This document shows positions 17,775 to 28,253 of a stretch of DNA of 64,000 nucleotides, piece after piece (positions within the stretch are counted from its first letter, which is position 1; the number at the start of each line of letters is the position of its first letter). Below the pieces are notes generated by a model. That model saw only the letters and a program-made list of their open reading frames with translations, did no database searches and was not told the DNA's origin. Source of the DNA: an uncultured Clostridia bacterium (GTDB taxonomy: Bacteria > Bacillota > Clostridia > Christensenellales > CAG-138); NCBI GenBank assembly GCA_946411635.1, contig CAMKES010000001.1, forward strand, positions 73,810-137,809. The letters run 5' to 3'. Both the position numbers and the translations under genes were made by a program.

Positions 17775-19058
17775 TTACGCGTTTCCGCGAAGCAGGCGTT
17801 CGAGTGCGGCGATGCGCAGGCACAGGCAGAACACGTCGATCGCGACCGTCAGCTCTTCGACCGGCGGCAGCGTCGGCGCGATGCGGATGTTGCTGTCGAA
17901 CGGATCCTGGCCGTACGGATAGGTCGCGCCGGCGGGGGTCATCGTGACGCCCGCTTCCTTCACGAGCTGCAGCGCGCGCTTTGCGGTCTGCGGCATGGCG
18001 TACAGGCTCACGAAATAGCCGCCCTTCGGACGGTTGTAGTGCCCGATCCCGCGCGAAACGATCTCGCGGTCGAGCGCGTCGCACACGGCGGCAAACCGCG
18101 GCTTGAGGATCTCCGCGTGCCGTTTCATCAGGGCAAGCGTCGTTTCCTTGTCCTTCAGGAAGCGCACATGACGCAGCTGGTTCACCTTGTCGAAGCTGAT
18201 GATCTGCACGCCGAGCGTCTTCTGGAAGTACGCGAGGTTCGCTTCGCTTGCGCACATGCACGAGATGCCCGCGCCGGGGAAGGTGACCTTCGAGGTGGAC
18301 GCAAATTCATAGACCATGTCCGCGTTGCCGTATTCGGCGCAGAGCCTGAGGATATCGGGGAAGGGAACGTAGTCGCCGTCGAACTCGTGGATGCAGTATG
18401 CGTTGTCCCACATCAGCGCGAAATCCGGCGCGGCGGGCTTCATCGAGGCGAGCGCGTGGATGATGCGGTTCGAGTAGATGATGCCGTCGGGATTTGAATA
18501 CTTCGGCACGCACCAGATGCCGAGAACGGAGGGATCCTTGATCCACTGCAGCACGGCGTCCATGTCGGGACCTTCGTCCGTCATCGCGATCGGGATCAGC
18601 TCCATGCCGAAGAATTCCGTGATGCGGAAGTGCCGGTCGTAGCCGGGCGCGGGGCAGAGGAAGCGTACCTTGCCGCGCTTGGACCACGGTTCGGGGCTCT
18701 TGAGAAGTCCGTGTGTGAACGCGGTGGAGATCAGGTTGTACATCAGCTGCAGCGAAGCGCTGCCGCCGACGATGACCTCGGAGGGCTTCACGTCGAGCAG
18801 CTCCGCGAACAGCTTCCTTGCCGAAGGAATGCCGAACAGGTTGCCGTAGTTGCATACGTCGAGCGCGTCGTCATAGCAGTCTTCGCGATCGGAAAGGACC
18901 TTCAGCATATCGTTGGAAAGGTCGAGCTGCGTCTTGCCGGGTTTGCCGCGCGACATGTCGAGCTTCAGCCCCTTCGCTTTGACGGCTTCATAGGCTTCAG
19001 TCACGGTTCTGAGCTCCGTTTCGAGAGCGGTCTTGTCCAACTGGGAATACGGGATCAT
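17775..19058 (-). CDS. PLP-dependent class I-type aminotransferase
   Basis: LDMSRGKP, PGYDRHF, VPKYSNPDG, WDNAY, FASTSKVTFPGAG (PLP Lys) and NIRIAPT. Confidence 0.9.
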   Translation of the reverse strand: MIPYSQLDKTALETELRTVTEAYEAVKAKGLKLDMSRGKPGKTQLDLSNDMLKVLSDREDCYDDALDVCNYGNLFGIPSARKLFAELLDVKPSEVIVGGSASLQLMYNLISTAFTHGLLKSPEPWSKRGKVRFLCPAPGYDRHFRITEFFGMELIPIAMTDEGPDMDAVLQWIKDPSVLGIWCVPKYSNPDGIIYSNRIIHALASMKPAAPDFALMWDNAYCIHEFDGDYVPFPDILRLCAEYGNADMVYEFASTSKVTFPGAGISCMCASEANLAYFQKTLGVQIISFDKVNQLRHVRFLKDKETTLALMKRHAEILKPRFAAVCDALDREIVSRGIGHYNRPKGGYFVSLYAMPQTAKRALQLVKEAGVTMTPAGATYPYGQDPFDSNIRIAPTLPPVEELTVAIDVFCLCLRIAALERLLRGNA

Positions 19059-19206
19059 AAACGTCTCCTTTCGACTTCTTATATCTCGATTATAGCATGA
19101 ACGGCCGGAAAGTCAAATGATATAAAACCGGACAAAAGTTCGGTTGACGCGCCGTCTGAACCATGATACAATCGGCATAATCAAACAAAGAAAGAAGGAA
19201 CTGTCT

Positions 19207-19758
19207 GTGAATACACTGAAAACACTGCAGACGCTTGCAAAGATCGGAAGGATCCTGAGCACGGTCGTTTACGTCGTCTGCATCGTCGGCGGCTGCCTGT
19301 GCGTTGCGGGGATCATCTCCCTGCTCGTCATTCCCGAAGGATTTACGATCGGCAGCGTCACGATCGCCTCTCTGATCTTCGAAAAAGCCGGCTGGAGCAT
19401 GACGACCTGCTATGCGGCAGCGGCGATCGGCATCGTCCTCTGCGCGGGCGAAGCCGTGATCGCGAAGTTCGCGGAACGCTATTTCAAAAACGAACTCTCC
19501 GCCGGAACGCCGTTTACGTTTGACGGCGCGAAGGAACTGATGCGGCTCGGCATCCTTACGATGAGCATATCGGTCGGCACGGCGATCATCGCCGGCATCA
19601 TTTACTGGATCTTCCGGTTCGCCGCAAAGGACATGAACGAACTCGATTTTGATCTCGGCGGCTCGGTCATCATCGGCGTCATGCTGGTCGTCGGAAGCCT
19701 TCTGTGCCGTCACGGCGCGGAGGTCTCGGAAAAAACGGAGGAGCGGGAAGCGGCGTAA
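19207..19758 (+). CDS. Membrane protein (DUF2975-like)
   Basis: AAGGA RBS with GTG start. Four hydrophobic segments and GTPFT..GAKELMRLG. Confidence 0.65.
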   Translation: MNTLKTLQTLAKIGRILSTVVYVVCIVGGCLCVAGIISLLVIPEGFTIGSVTIASLIFEKAGWSMTTCYAAAAIGIVLCAGEAVIAKFAERYFKNELSAGTPFTFDGAKELMRLGILTMSISVGTAIIAGIIYWIFRFAAKDMNELDFDLGGSVIIGVMLVVGSLLCRHGAEVSEKTEEREAA

Positions 19759-19807
19759 CGGTTTTTCCGCAAACAAAAAAGGACGGGTCCGCCGTCCTTT
19801 TTTTCGT

Positions 19808-20254
19808 TCATTCGTTCAGCGCTTCTTCGAGGATCCTTGCCGCGCTCTGCACGAAACCCATGCACGGGCGGGAATGGAAAAACTTCGCGTCGCGCGGGGT
19901 GGGAGAGGGATCGTTCTGCTCGTTTTTCCGGAGCTCCAGAAGCTCGCGGCAGACGATCGCGCCGTTTTCCTCGCGGAACTTCGCGGCAAGCGCCTGCACG
20001 TTCGCGTAGTGCGCCTTCTTCGCGTCCGGATCCTTGAGATCGTCGTAGCCCTTCAGAAGCCCATACACCATCATCATGCCGGACACGGCGCCGCAGACCT
20101 CGCGGAGCCTGCCGATGCCGCCGCCGAACGACGAGGCGAGCCTTGCGGCCGTCTTTTCGTCCATGCCGAGCTCGTCCTTGAACGCGAGCACGACCGCCTG
20201 GGCGCAGTTCGCGCCCTCGGTGAAATACTGCAGTGCTTTTTCTTCGTGCGTCAT
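19808..20254 (-). CDS. C_GCAxxG_C_C family putative redox-active protein
   Basis: NCAQAV, FGGGIG, VCGAVSG, CRELL and a terminal Cys. Start overlaps the upstream stop (ATGA). Confidence 0.88.
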   Translation of the reverse strand: MTHEEKALQYFTEGANCAQAVVLAFKDELGMDEKTAARLASSFGGGIGRLREVCGAVSGMMMVYGLLKGYDDLKDPDAKKAHYANVQALAAKFREENGAIVCRELLELRKNEQNDPSPTPRDAKFFHSRPCMGFVQSAARILEEALNE

Positions 20255-21075
20255 AACGATTCGATCTTTCTGCTGAGTTCGTTCAGCCAGTCGCCCTCGT
20301 ACAGCTCGATGAGACCCGCGTCGCACGCGGCGGCAAGCTTCGGGTTGATCGGGATGCGGCAGACGGTCTTGATGCCGTTCTCTTCCGCGGCCTTCTCGAT
20401 GTGGCTGTCGCCGAACAGGCTGTGGCGCTTTCCGCAGTCGGGGCACTCGAAATAGCTGTAGTTTTCGACGACGCCGAGCACGGGGATGTTCATCATGTTC
20501 GCCATGTTGACCGCCTTCTGCACGACCATGCCGACCAGCTCCTGCGGGGAGGTGACGACGACCGCGCCGTCGATCGGAAGCGACTGGAACACGGTCAGCG
20601 GCACGTCGCCCGTTCCCGGAGGCATGTCGATGAACATGACGTCGACGTCCTTCCAGATGACGTCGGTCCAGAACTGCTTGACGGTCCCGGCGATGATCGG
20701 TCCGCGCCAGACCACGGGATCGGTCTCGTGCTCGAGCAGCAGGTTGATCGACATCATGTCGACGCCGAGCTTCGACGTGACGGGGAAGATGCCGATATCG
20801 CTGCCGGTCGCCTTTTCGTGGACGCCGAACGCGTTCGGGATCGACGGACCGGTGATGTCCGCGTCGAGGATCGCGACATGATCGCCGCTGCGCATCGCAT
20901 TGACCGCGAGCAGCGAGGTGACCAGCGATTTGCCGACGCCGCCCTTGCCGGACAGCACGGCGATGACCTTCTTCACAGAGGAGAAGTTGTTGAGCTTTGC
21001 GCGGAAATCGTTTTCCTCGGTACGCTCGGAGCAGTTCTGCGCGCAGCTGCTGCAGTCATGGTTGCATTCGCTCAT
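20251..21075 (-). CDS. Mrp/NBP35 (ApbC) Fe-S cluster carrier ATPase
   Basis: N-terminal CNHDCSSC, SGKGGVGKS, DADITGPS, DMPPGTGD and CPDC. Confidence 0.93.
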   Translation of the reverse strand: MSECNHDCSSCAQNCSERTEENDFRAKLNNFSSVKKVIAVLSGKGGVGKSLVTSLLAVNAMRSGDHVAILDADITGPSIPNAFGVHEKATGSDIGIFPVTSKLGVDMMSINLLLEHETDPVVWRGPIIAGTVKQFWTDVIWKDVDVMFIDMPPGTGDVPLTVFQSLPIDGAVVVTSPQELVGMVVQKAVNMANMMNIPVLGVVENYSYFECPDCGKRHSLFGDSHIEKAAEENGIKTVCRIPINPKLAAACDAGLIELYEGDWLNELSRKIESL

Positions 21076-21099
21076 GAATGGGATTCCTTTCCGGCGGCC

Positions 21100-22356
21100 T
21101 TATGCTTTGGACGCCTTTGGTTTTTTACCGGTTTTCGGGATCTCGCCCGCGGCGGTCAGCGCGATCTTCGTGAGGACCGGACCGACCAGCTCATAGACGA
21201 GGGTCGCAAACAGCACGATCGCCACGATCTGCGACGAGATGCCGGCGGCGTGCAGTTCGGGGTTTGCCGCAACGGACTGCGCCATACCGATGGCGACGCC
21301 CGCCTGCGGAAGAAGCGTGATGCCGAGGTAATTCCGAACGGTGCGCTCGGACTTCGAAAGCATCGCGCCGAAGAACGCGCCGAAATACTTGCCGAGCGAA
21401 CGCGCGGCGAGGTATACGACGCCCATCACGCCGACGAGCGGCAGGATCGTGAGGTCCAGCTCCGCGCCGGACAGCACGAAAAACAGCATGAACAGCGGAG
21501 GCGTCCACTGCTCGCTTCCGTCGAGGATCTCGACCGCGTCTTTGCGCAGGTTCGCGAACAGCGCGCCGATCATCATGCAGACGAGCAGCGAGCTCAGATC
21601 CAGCAGCATCGAAAACGCGACGCCGAGCATGACCGCCGTGATCATCAGGCACAGGCGGTTTGCACGCGAATGGAAGAACCGCATGCACAGGGCGAGGATC
21701 GCGCCGAGGACCGCGCCGATGCCGATCGACATCACGATCTCCAGAAGCGGCTTTAAGAGCGCTTCGTTCGCGGTGATCGCCGCGCCGGTGCTCATCGATT
21801 TCGCCAGCGAGAAGCAGACCGAGAAGATCATCAGGCCGATCGCGTCGTCGAACGCGACGACCGGCAGCAGCGTGTCGGTCACGGGGCCCTTTGCGCGGTA
21901 CTGGCGGACGACCATCAGCGTCGCAGCGGGCGCCGTCGCCGCCGCGATCGCGCCGAGCAGCAGCGCCATTGCGATGCGGTGCGTGTCGCTCTCGTTCGGG
22001 ATCAAAAGCAGCGCGCCGATCACGAACAGAACGGTTGTGATCGCCTGCACGAGCGTGATAATCATGACGCGCATGCCGAGCTTCTTAATATAGGACAGCT
22101 TGAACTCGCCGCCGATCGAGAACGCGATAAAGCCGAGCGCGACGTTCGTGACGATCGAAAGCGAACCGGTGGATTCCCGGTTCAGCAGACAGACGCCGTC
22201 GCCGAAAATCAGCGGCAGCAGGTACGGTCCGATCAGAAGACCGGCGAACAGATAGCCGGTGACGTTGGGCAGATGCAGGATTTTCATGAGGCGCGAAAGG
22301 GCAAGCCCACCGATCATGGCAAGCCCGAGCGCAAGCAGCGCGGGGAGGGTCGGCAT
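21100..22356 (-). CDS. Cation:proton antiporter (CPA2-like)
   Basis: About 12 TM segments with ATAPAAT, VAFDD and LLPQAGVAIG motifs. Confidence 0.9.
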   Translation of the reverse strand: MPTLPALLALGLAMIGGLALSRLMKILHLPNVTGYLFAGLLIGPYLLPLIFGDGVCLLNRESTGSLSIVTNVALGFIAFSIGGEFKLSYIKKLGMRVMIITLVQAITTVLFVIGALLLIPNESDTHRIAMALLLGAIAAATAPAATLMVVRQYRAKGPVTDTLLPVVAFDDAIGLMIFSVCFSLAKSMSTGAAITANEALLKPLLEIVMSIGIGAVLGAILALCMRFFHSRANRLCLMITAVMLGVAFSMLLDLSSLLVCMMIGALFANLRKDAVEILDGSEQWTPPLFMLFFVLSGAELDLTILPLVGVMGVVYLAARSLGKYFGAFFGAMLSKSERTVRNYLGITLLPQAGVAIGMAQSVAANPELHAAGISSQIVAIVLFATLVYELVGPVLTKIALTAAGEIPKTGKKPKASKA

Positions 22357-22362
22357 GGATGA

Positions 22363-22695
22363 TTATTCCTCGATTCCCTCGTACGACGTGATCGGGATCG
22401 TGAACATGACCCCTTTTCTGCCGAGTCCGTTCGTGTTGCGGCGAACGACGCGCTTCGCGTGTTCGATCTGATCGTCGTTCAGCAGCAGAAAAGCCGTATG
22501 GCTCGGTTCGAAATCGTGACGGACCAGCTTGGAAACGCCCGCAAAGATCGGTGCGGCGTTGATATCGCTTTCCAGAAGGGCATGCTTCAGACTCGTGCTG
22601 TCAAACACGATGCCGTTCATGCCGTGCGCCCGAAGCCCCTCGAGCGTATTCAAAAACTCGTCACACTTGTCGATGGTGATGACCAGTAACTGCAT
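22363..22695 (-). CDS. Small P-II-like protein
   Basis: 110 aa. MQLLVITI...GVMFTIPI pattern of P-II-fold proteins, directly upstream of the antiporter. Confidence 0.55.
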   Translation of the reverse strand: MQLLVITIDKCDEFLNTLEGLRAHGMNGIVFDSTSLKHALLESDINAAPIFAGVSKLVRHDFEPSHTAFLLLNDDQIEHAKRVVRRNTNGLGRKGVMFTIPITSYEGIEE

Positions 22696-22755
22696 TTTCG
22701 TTCCCCTTTCGAATTCGCTTCACAAACAATCATTATAGCCGACTTTTCCGGAAAG

Positions 22756-23472
22756 TCAATCCAAAAGAAAGGATAACGCTTCGCCGATCTTTTCATGCAC
22801 GCAGAGCGTCGCCTCCCGGTCGCGGGGCGTGGGGGAAAGGTTGATGACGATCAGCGTTTTTCCCCGGAAATAGTCGATCAGGCCCGCCGCGGGATAGACC
22901 GCGAGCGACGTGCCGCCGACGATCATCGTATCGGCCTCGCGGATCGAGCGGATCGCGTCGGTCACGACCGAGTTGTCGAGCCCTTCGCCGTACAGAACGA
23001 CGTCCGGCTTGATGATCCCGCCGCATTCGCAGGTCGGCACGCCCTGCATCGCCATGATCTGATCGAGCGAATAGAATCTGCGGCATTTCGTGCAGTGATT
23101 CCGGTAGACGCTTCCGTGCAGCTCGCAAACGTGCCGGCTGCCCGCCGCCTGATGCAGTCCGTCGATATTCTGCGTCACGACGGCGTTCAGTTTGCCCGCG
23201 CGTTCCAGCTCGGCAAGCGCAAGATGCGCCTTGTTCGGCTTCGCGCCGGGATAGATCAGAAACTTTTTGTAGTAGTCGAAGAAGATCTCCGGATAGTCCT
23301 CGAAAAAGTCGATCGACAGCAGCGTTTCCGGCGGCACGCCGTATGCGCGGACCGCCTTGAAGACGCCGTCGCTCGAGCGGAAATCCGGGATGCCGCTTTC
23401 GGTGCTGAGTCCCGCTCCGCCCAGGAACACGATTGTTTTCGCCTGTTCGATGTACGTTTGAAGCGTTTTCAT
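22756..23472 (-). CDS. cobB: NAD-dependent protein deacylase (Sir2/CobB family)
   Basis: GAGLSTESGIPDFR, TQNIDGLH, ELHGS, Zn-binding CxxC..CxC, KPDVVLYGE and GTSLAVYPAA. Confidence 0.93.
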   Translation of the reverse strand: MKTLQTYIEQAKTIVFLGGAGLSTESGIPDFRSSDGVFKAVRAYGVPPETLLSIDFFEDYPEIFFDYYKKFLIYPGAKPNKAHLALAELERAGKLNAVVTQNIDGLHQAAGSRHVCELHGSVYRNHCTKCRRFYSLDQIMAMQGVPTCECGGIIKPDVVLYGEGLDNSVVTDAIRSIREADTMIVGGTSLAVYPAAGLIDYFRGKTLIVINLSPTPRDREATLCVHEKIGEALSFLLD

Positions 23473-23532
23473 TTTTCGATCCTCCGGTTTGCTTTCGTTG
23501 ATATTTCGTCGATAATCTGTTATACTCGCGGT

Positions 23533-24720
23533 ATGAACGACCAGAGACTTCCGTTCCATACGCGGCCGATGGCGGGCGCGGCGCTCGGCGCGGTCCTCGC
23601 GGCGATCCTCGGATCGCTTGCGCCGGACCGGGTCCTTCTGTCCGTCTGCGCGCTGCTCGTGCCGGTCTCGGCGTTTCTGTTTTACCGGCGCAGCGCGTTC
23701 TTCCTGCTGCCGCTGACCGCGTTTCTCGTGCTCGCGCGCATCGTGCTTCTTCCGACCTCGATGCCGGACGGACCGGTCGCGTCGTTCCTTGAGACCCTGC
23801 GCGAAAGCCTGCGCGGCAGCGCGGACGCCCTGTTCGGCGACGAGTCCGCGGCGGCAAGGGGGATGCTGCTCGGCGATCCGGCGGCCATGACGGCGCTCGA
23901 ACGCTCGCAGTACGCGAAGAGCGGACTCATCCATCTGTTCGCCGTTTCGGGACTGCACGTCACGCTTCTCACCGGCATGCTCGGCAACGTCGTCCGGACC
24001 GATAAAAAGTGGCTTTCGCTTTCGCTGCTTTCGCTGTTTCTGCTGTTCTTCTGCGCGGTCACCGGCTTTTCCGCGTCGGTGCTGCGCGCCGCGTTCGCGC
24101 TGATCGGGCTGCAGATCTGCAAGGCGTGCGAGCGGAAGCCGGACATGCCCACGATCGTGTGCTTCTCGATGGCGATGACGCTTCTCTGCGCGCCGTTCGA
24201 TCTGTTCCGCATCGGCTTCGGACTGAGCTTTGCGGCGATGACCGGAATGGTCCTGTTCGCAAAGCAGTTCCGCAAACCGCTTCCGTACGCGATCCGCAGC
24301 TCGCGTATCGCGATCGCTCTGTCCGGCGCGATTTCCGCGACGGTCGCGATGCTGCCGCTCACGGCGTACCGGTTCGGATCTCTCGCGTGGATCTCGATCC
24401 CGCTTTCGATCCTTCTGATCCCGACGATGCCGGTGATCCTTCTGTTCGGATTTCTGTCCGTCCTGCTGTACGGCGTGCTGCCGGGCGTCGCGGCCGTGCT
24501 GTCGTATCCGGCGTACGGCGCGATCCGTCTGATCTCGCTGACCGCGAAGGCGCTTGACGTGCCGGCGCTCCGGCTTCCCGCGCCGCATCCCGTACTGATC
24601 GCGCTCTGGTATCTTGCGCTGCTGCTGTGCTCGCGCCTGTTCCTGCCGAATCGAAAGCGTCCGCCGTGGATCGGTCTCGGACTGCTGACGGCCGCGATCC
24701 TTCTCTGGTTCCTCGTTTGA
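23533..24720 (+). CDS. comEC: ComEC/Rec2 family protein (Competence domain only)
   Basis: GMLLGD, SGLIHLFAVSGLHV, SASVLRA and GFGLSFAA motifs in a multi-TM protein. Confidence 0.85.
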   Translation: MNDQRLPFHTRPMAGAALGAVLAAILGSLAPDRVLLSVCALLVPVSAFLFYRRSAFFLLPLTAFLVLARIVLLPTSMPDGPVASFLETLRESLRGSADALFGDESAAARGMLLGDPAAMTALERSQYAKSGLIHLFAVSGLHVTLLTGMLGNVVRTDKKWLSLSLLSLFLLFFCAVTGFSASVLRAAFALIGLQICKACERKPDMPTIVCFSMAMTLLCAPFDLFRIGFGLSFAAMTGMVLFAKQFRKPLPYAIRSSRIAIALSGAISATVAMLPLTAYRFGSLAWISIPLSILLIPTMPVILLFGFLSVLLYGVLPGVAAVLSYPAYGAIRLISLTAKALDVPALRLPAPHPVLIALWYLALLLCSRLFLPNRKRPPWIGLGLLTAAILLWFLV

Positions 24721-24772
24721 CAAAAAAAGAAAAAAGCGGGCAGATGATCGGAATCATCTGCCCGCTGCGTCA

Positions 24773-26020
24773 TTACTTACGCAGGAAGGCGGGAATGTCC
24801 AGCTTGTTCGCGGGGCGCTCACTGTAGTCCTTGCGGACGTTCGCGGAGGGATCGCGGTACAGCGGCTGCTCCGGCTGTTTCGGCTGCTGCGGTTCGCCGT
24901 TCATCACGGGATCGGGCGCCTTTTCGGGCTCGGCGTACGCGCGGGCGGAGAAGGCGTTCTGCGCCGATGCGGGCGCGGTGTTCGTGTTGAATCCGCCGAA
25001 CGGACGGGAATCCGTGAAGCTGCGCCTCGCGGGTGCGCCGCCCATCTGCAGGTCGGACTTGGTTTCTTCCGGACGGTCGAAGCCGGTCGCGATGACGGTG
25101 ATGCGGAGCGCGTCGCCCATGCTCTCGTCGATGTCCGCGCCGAAGATGATGTTCGCTTCGGGATCCGCGTTCTCGGCGATGATCTCGGCCGCCTCGTTGA
25201 CCTCGAGCAGCGACAGATCGCTGCCGCCGGTGATGTTCATCAGGATGCCCTTCGCGCCCTTGATGGAGGTCTCGAGCAGCGGGCTCTCAACGGCCTGACG
25301 GGCCGCTTCGCTTGCGCGGTTTTCGCCGCAGGCGGAACCGATGCCCATATGCGCCATGCCCTTTTCCTTCATGATCGTCTTGACGTCCGCAAAGTCGAGG
25401 TTGATCATCGCGGGAACGGCGATCAGGTCGGAAATGCCCTGGATGCCCTGACGGAGCACGTCGTCCGCAACGCGCAGCGCGTCGGGAAGGCTGGACTTGC
25501 CGACCAGAGAGATCAGCTTGTCGTTCGGGATCGTGATCAGCGTGTCGACCGCGGGCTTCAGGGTCTGGATGCCCTGTTCGGCGTTGCGCATGCGGACGCG
25601 GCCCTCAAAGGTGAACGGCTTCGTGACGACGCCGACGGTGAGGATGCCGAGTTCCTTCGCGCATTCCGCGATGACGGACGCCGCGCCGGTGCCCGTGCCG
25701 CCGCCCATACCGGCGGTGATGAAAATCATATCGCTGCCCTTGAGCGCTTCGATGATCAGATCACGGCTCTCGTCCGCCGCCTTGCGGCCGATCTCGGGAT
25801 CCGCGCCTGCGCCGAGGCCCTTGGTCAGCTTTTCGCCGATCTGGATCTTTTTCTGCCCTGCGGAAAGCTGCAGAGCCTGTTTATCGGTATTGACGGCGAT
25901 AAATTCCACGCCCTGCAGTCCGTACTGAACCATACGGTTGACTGCGTTGCAGCCCGCACCGCCGACGCCGACGACACGGATCTGAGCAAAGTTGGTGGTG
26001 TCTGCATTGGTTTCGAACAT
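24773..26020 (-). CDS. ftsZ: Cell division protein FtsZ
   Basis: [23 protein letters not shown] tubulin motif, NLDFADV and C-terminal LDIPAFLRK. Confidence 0.98.
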   Translation of the reverse strand: MFETNADTTNFAQIRVVGVGGAGCNAVNRMVQYGLQGVEFIAVNTDKQALQLSAGQKKIQIGEKLTKGLGAGADPEIGRKAADESRDLIIEALKGSDMIFITAGMGGGTGTGAASVIAECAKELGILTVGVVTKPFTFEGRVRMRNAEQGIQTLKPAVDTLITIPNDKLISLVGKSSLPDALRVADDVLRQGIQGISDLIAVPAMINLDFADVKTIMKEKGMAHMGIGSACGENRASEAARQAVESPLLETSIKGAKGILMNITGGSDLSLLEVNEAAEIIAENADPEANIIFGADIDESMGDALRITVIATGFDRPEETKSDLQMGGAPARRSFTDSRPFGGFNTNTAPASAQNAFSARAYAEPEKAPDPVMNGEPQQPKQPEQPLYRDPSANVRKDYSERPANKLDIPAFLRK

Positions 26021-26041
26021 GGATGGTAGTTCCCCCTTTGT

Positions 26042-27235
26042 TTATTTCATGAAGAAGTCCTTCAATTTTTGCAGAAAGCGTTTCTCGTCCTGCTTTTCCT
26101 GCGCGGGACGCTCCTCGGCGCGGTTCGCGCGGAGGACGAAGTTCAGCGCGCCGAACGCGCTGCAGTAGTTCGGCGAGGACAGCCGCGGCGTCCACGGCAT
26201 ATCCCGCTTGATCGGAAAGCCCAGCTCCTTCTTGAGAAACTCGAGCGATCCGCGCATCATCAGAAGACCGCCGCCGGAAAGGTACACGGTCGGGCGCGAT
26301 TCCAGATTGACCTGCATCCGGTCCAGCTCCTCGCGGATGTGCGCGGCAAGATCGGAGGCGCGCGCCTCGATGATGTAGGCGATCGTGCGGTTTTCCACGC
26401 GCTTCGACGCGGACTCGGAACGAAGGATCTCCGTCTTGTCGCCGTAATCGAGCGAGAACACGAACCGGCGCTTCGCCTGCTCGGCGGACTGCTGCGTCAC
26501 GTCAAGGCCGAACGCAAGGTCCGACGCGAACTGGTAACCGCCCATCGGGATCGTCGCGATCGCGGTGAGCGCGGCGTTTTCGATCACGCAGATATCCGTC
26601 TGCCGGTATCCGACGTCGATCAGAACGGCGGGGCGTACGCGTTCCTCTTCCGGGATCAGCATCGTCGCTTCGCCGAGCGCGGCGCTGATGCACATCGAGA
26701 TCTCGACGCCGAGATCGTCCAGCGCGTTCTGAACCGTTTCGATGTATTCCTCGCGCACGAACATATGCGCGATCAGCCCGGAGATCTCCTCGGTCACGAT
26801 GCCCTGCGGCATCTCGGAGGAGGATACGCCGTCGACCAGGAAGAATACGGGCGTGCTGTGCATCAGCACGTAACCCGCGGGCGTCTCGATCTTGCGGAAC
26901 GAGAGTTCGATCAGCCGGTCGACGTCGGCGGGATCGACGATGCGGGCGTGCTCGCCCAGCGTCATCGTCTGGTCGGAAAGCACCAGTTTCGAGAACGAAG
27001 CCGGCACGGTCAGCGCAACGTCGCGGATACGGGTGCGCGATTCCTGCTCCGCCTTCTGGATCGCGTCCAGAATCGCGTCGTGCAGACTCTGCTTGTCCGG
27101 AAACGTATCAAGAAGAAATCCGTCGCAACCGGAAACACCGGCACCGTGTACGACGATGCCGCCCTTATCCAAAACGCTTCCCGAAAGGCAAACGACCTTC
27201 GAGCTGCCGATGTCCAATATCGCTGCAGGCTTCAT
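26042..27235 (-). CDS. ftsA: Cell division protein FtsA
   Basis: LDIGSSKV, IDVG, IIEAR, LSGGG and amphipathic C-terminus FLQKLKDFF. Immediately upstream of ftsZ. Confidence 0.9.
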   Translation of the reverse strand: MKPAAILDIGSSKVVCLSGSVLDKGGIVVHGAGVSGCDGFLLDTFPDKQSLHDAILDAIQKAEQESRTRIRDVALTVPASFSKLVLSDQTMTLGEHARIVDPADVDRLIELSFRKIETPAGYVLMHSTPVFFLVDGVSSSEMPQGIVTEEISGLIAHMFVREEYIETVQNALDDLGVEISMCISAALGEATMLIPEEERVRPAVLIDVGYRQTDICVIENAALTAIATIPMGGYQFASDLAFGLDVTQQSAEQAKRRFVFSLDYGDKTEILRSESASKRVENRTIAYIIEARASDLAAHIREELDRMQVNLESRPTVYLSGGGLLMMRGSLEFLKKELGFPIKRDMPWTPRLSSPNYCSAFGALNFVLRANRAEERPAQEKQDEKRFLQKLKDFFMK

Positions 27236-27429
27236 GCCAATCCTCCGCAAAGATACATATATTATAGCAAAGGATTCAAAAAGTCGCAACTGCTTTTCCG
27301 TCGGATTCGTGTCCGTTTTGAAAATTTTAACACGCAAATGTAACGGAAATGTGTTATTTTCAAGACAAATGCGGGGATGAAACGGGAAAAAATCTTGTTT
27401 TCCCGTCGGAAGAACGGTACAATACGGGT

Positions 27430-28146
27430 ATGTGGGTACTCGATCTTGATCTGGATTTCTTTCTGAACGCCTGCTGCCCGCTCGCGGCGAAGGGCGAACG
27501 GCCCGATCCCGCCTGCGCCGCGCCATGGAACGCCGATGCGGTCGCGGCGTTTCTGGAGAACGGACTGGGGCTCGACGCGTCGCGCCCGATTCCCGGCCGC
27601 ATCACCGAAACGCACGACGGCGCGCTCGCGTTCTGGAAGGCGCGCATGGACGCCGGACAGCTTGAAAAGCCGTTTTCGGTCGTACACGTCGACGCGCATG
27701 CGGACCTCGGGATCGGAAGACCCGGTCCCGGATTCGTGCTGAACAACGTGCTGGGCATCCCGCCCGCGGAGCGCGGCGGCTTTGCGCGTTATTACGAGCA
27801 GAAGCAGCTCGACGAAGCGAACTATCTGCTGTTTGCGCTGGCGTTCCGCTGGATCGACGCGCTCACGCTTGTGCGTGCGCCGTTTTCGAAGCCCGATCTG
27901 CCGCCGTTTTGCGTGCGCGAAGGGGAAGGGTATCGGCCGATCCGGCTCAGGTCGTTCGTTTCCGCGCTGTTCGAGGGGCGCTACGGGCCGGAGCCGGAGA
28001 TCCCGCTGACCGTATACGGCGATCCGGCGGCGGTCCGCATCCGCGAGCCATTCGCCTGCGTGAATCTTGCGATCTCGCCGCGCTACGCGCCGAAGGCGGC
28101 GGACGCGCTCGTTCCCGTCTTCGAACGGTACATGACGCCCGTATAG
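27430..28146 (+). CDS. UPF0489-like protein
   Basis: VLDLDLDFF, VVHVDAHADLG and AISPRYAP motifs. Confidence 0.7.
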   Translation: MWVLDLDLDFFLNACCPLAAKGERPDPACAAPWNADAVAAFLENGLGLDASRPIPGRITETHDGALAFWKARMDAGQLEKPFSVVHVDAHADLGIGRPGPGFVLNNVLGIPPAERGGFARYYEQKQLDEANYLLFALAFRWIDALTLVRAPFSKPDLPPFCVREGEGYRPIRLRSFVSALFEGRYGPEPEIPLTVYGDPAAVRIREPFACVNLAISPRYAPKAADALVPVFERYMTPV

Positions 28147-28253
28147 AGGCTCCGTTTTCCGCTTGCCGGTATCGGCTGCATCCGAACAAAAAAGCAGACG
28201 CCTGTTCGCGTCTGCTTTTTGCTTTTCAGGGAAGGTCCGTTATCCGCGCGGGG

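Noticed and set aside
22756-23472. Sir2 protein as an anti-phage (Thoeris/DSR-type) effector
   Set aside because: It has the classical Zn-binding CobB deacylase motifs and sits in a housekeeping context.
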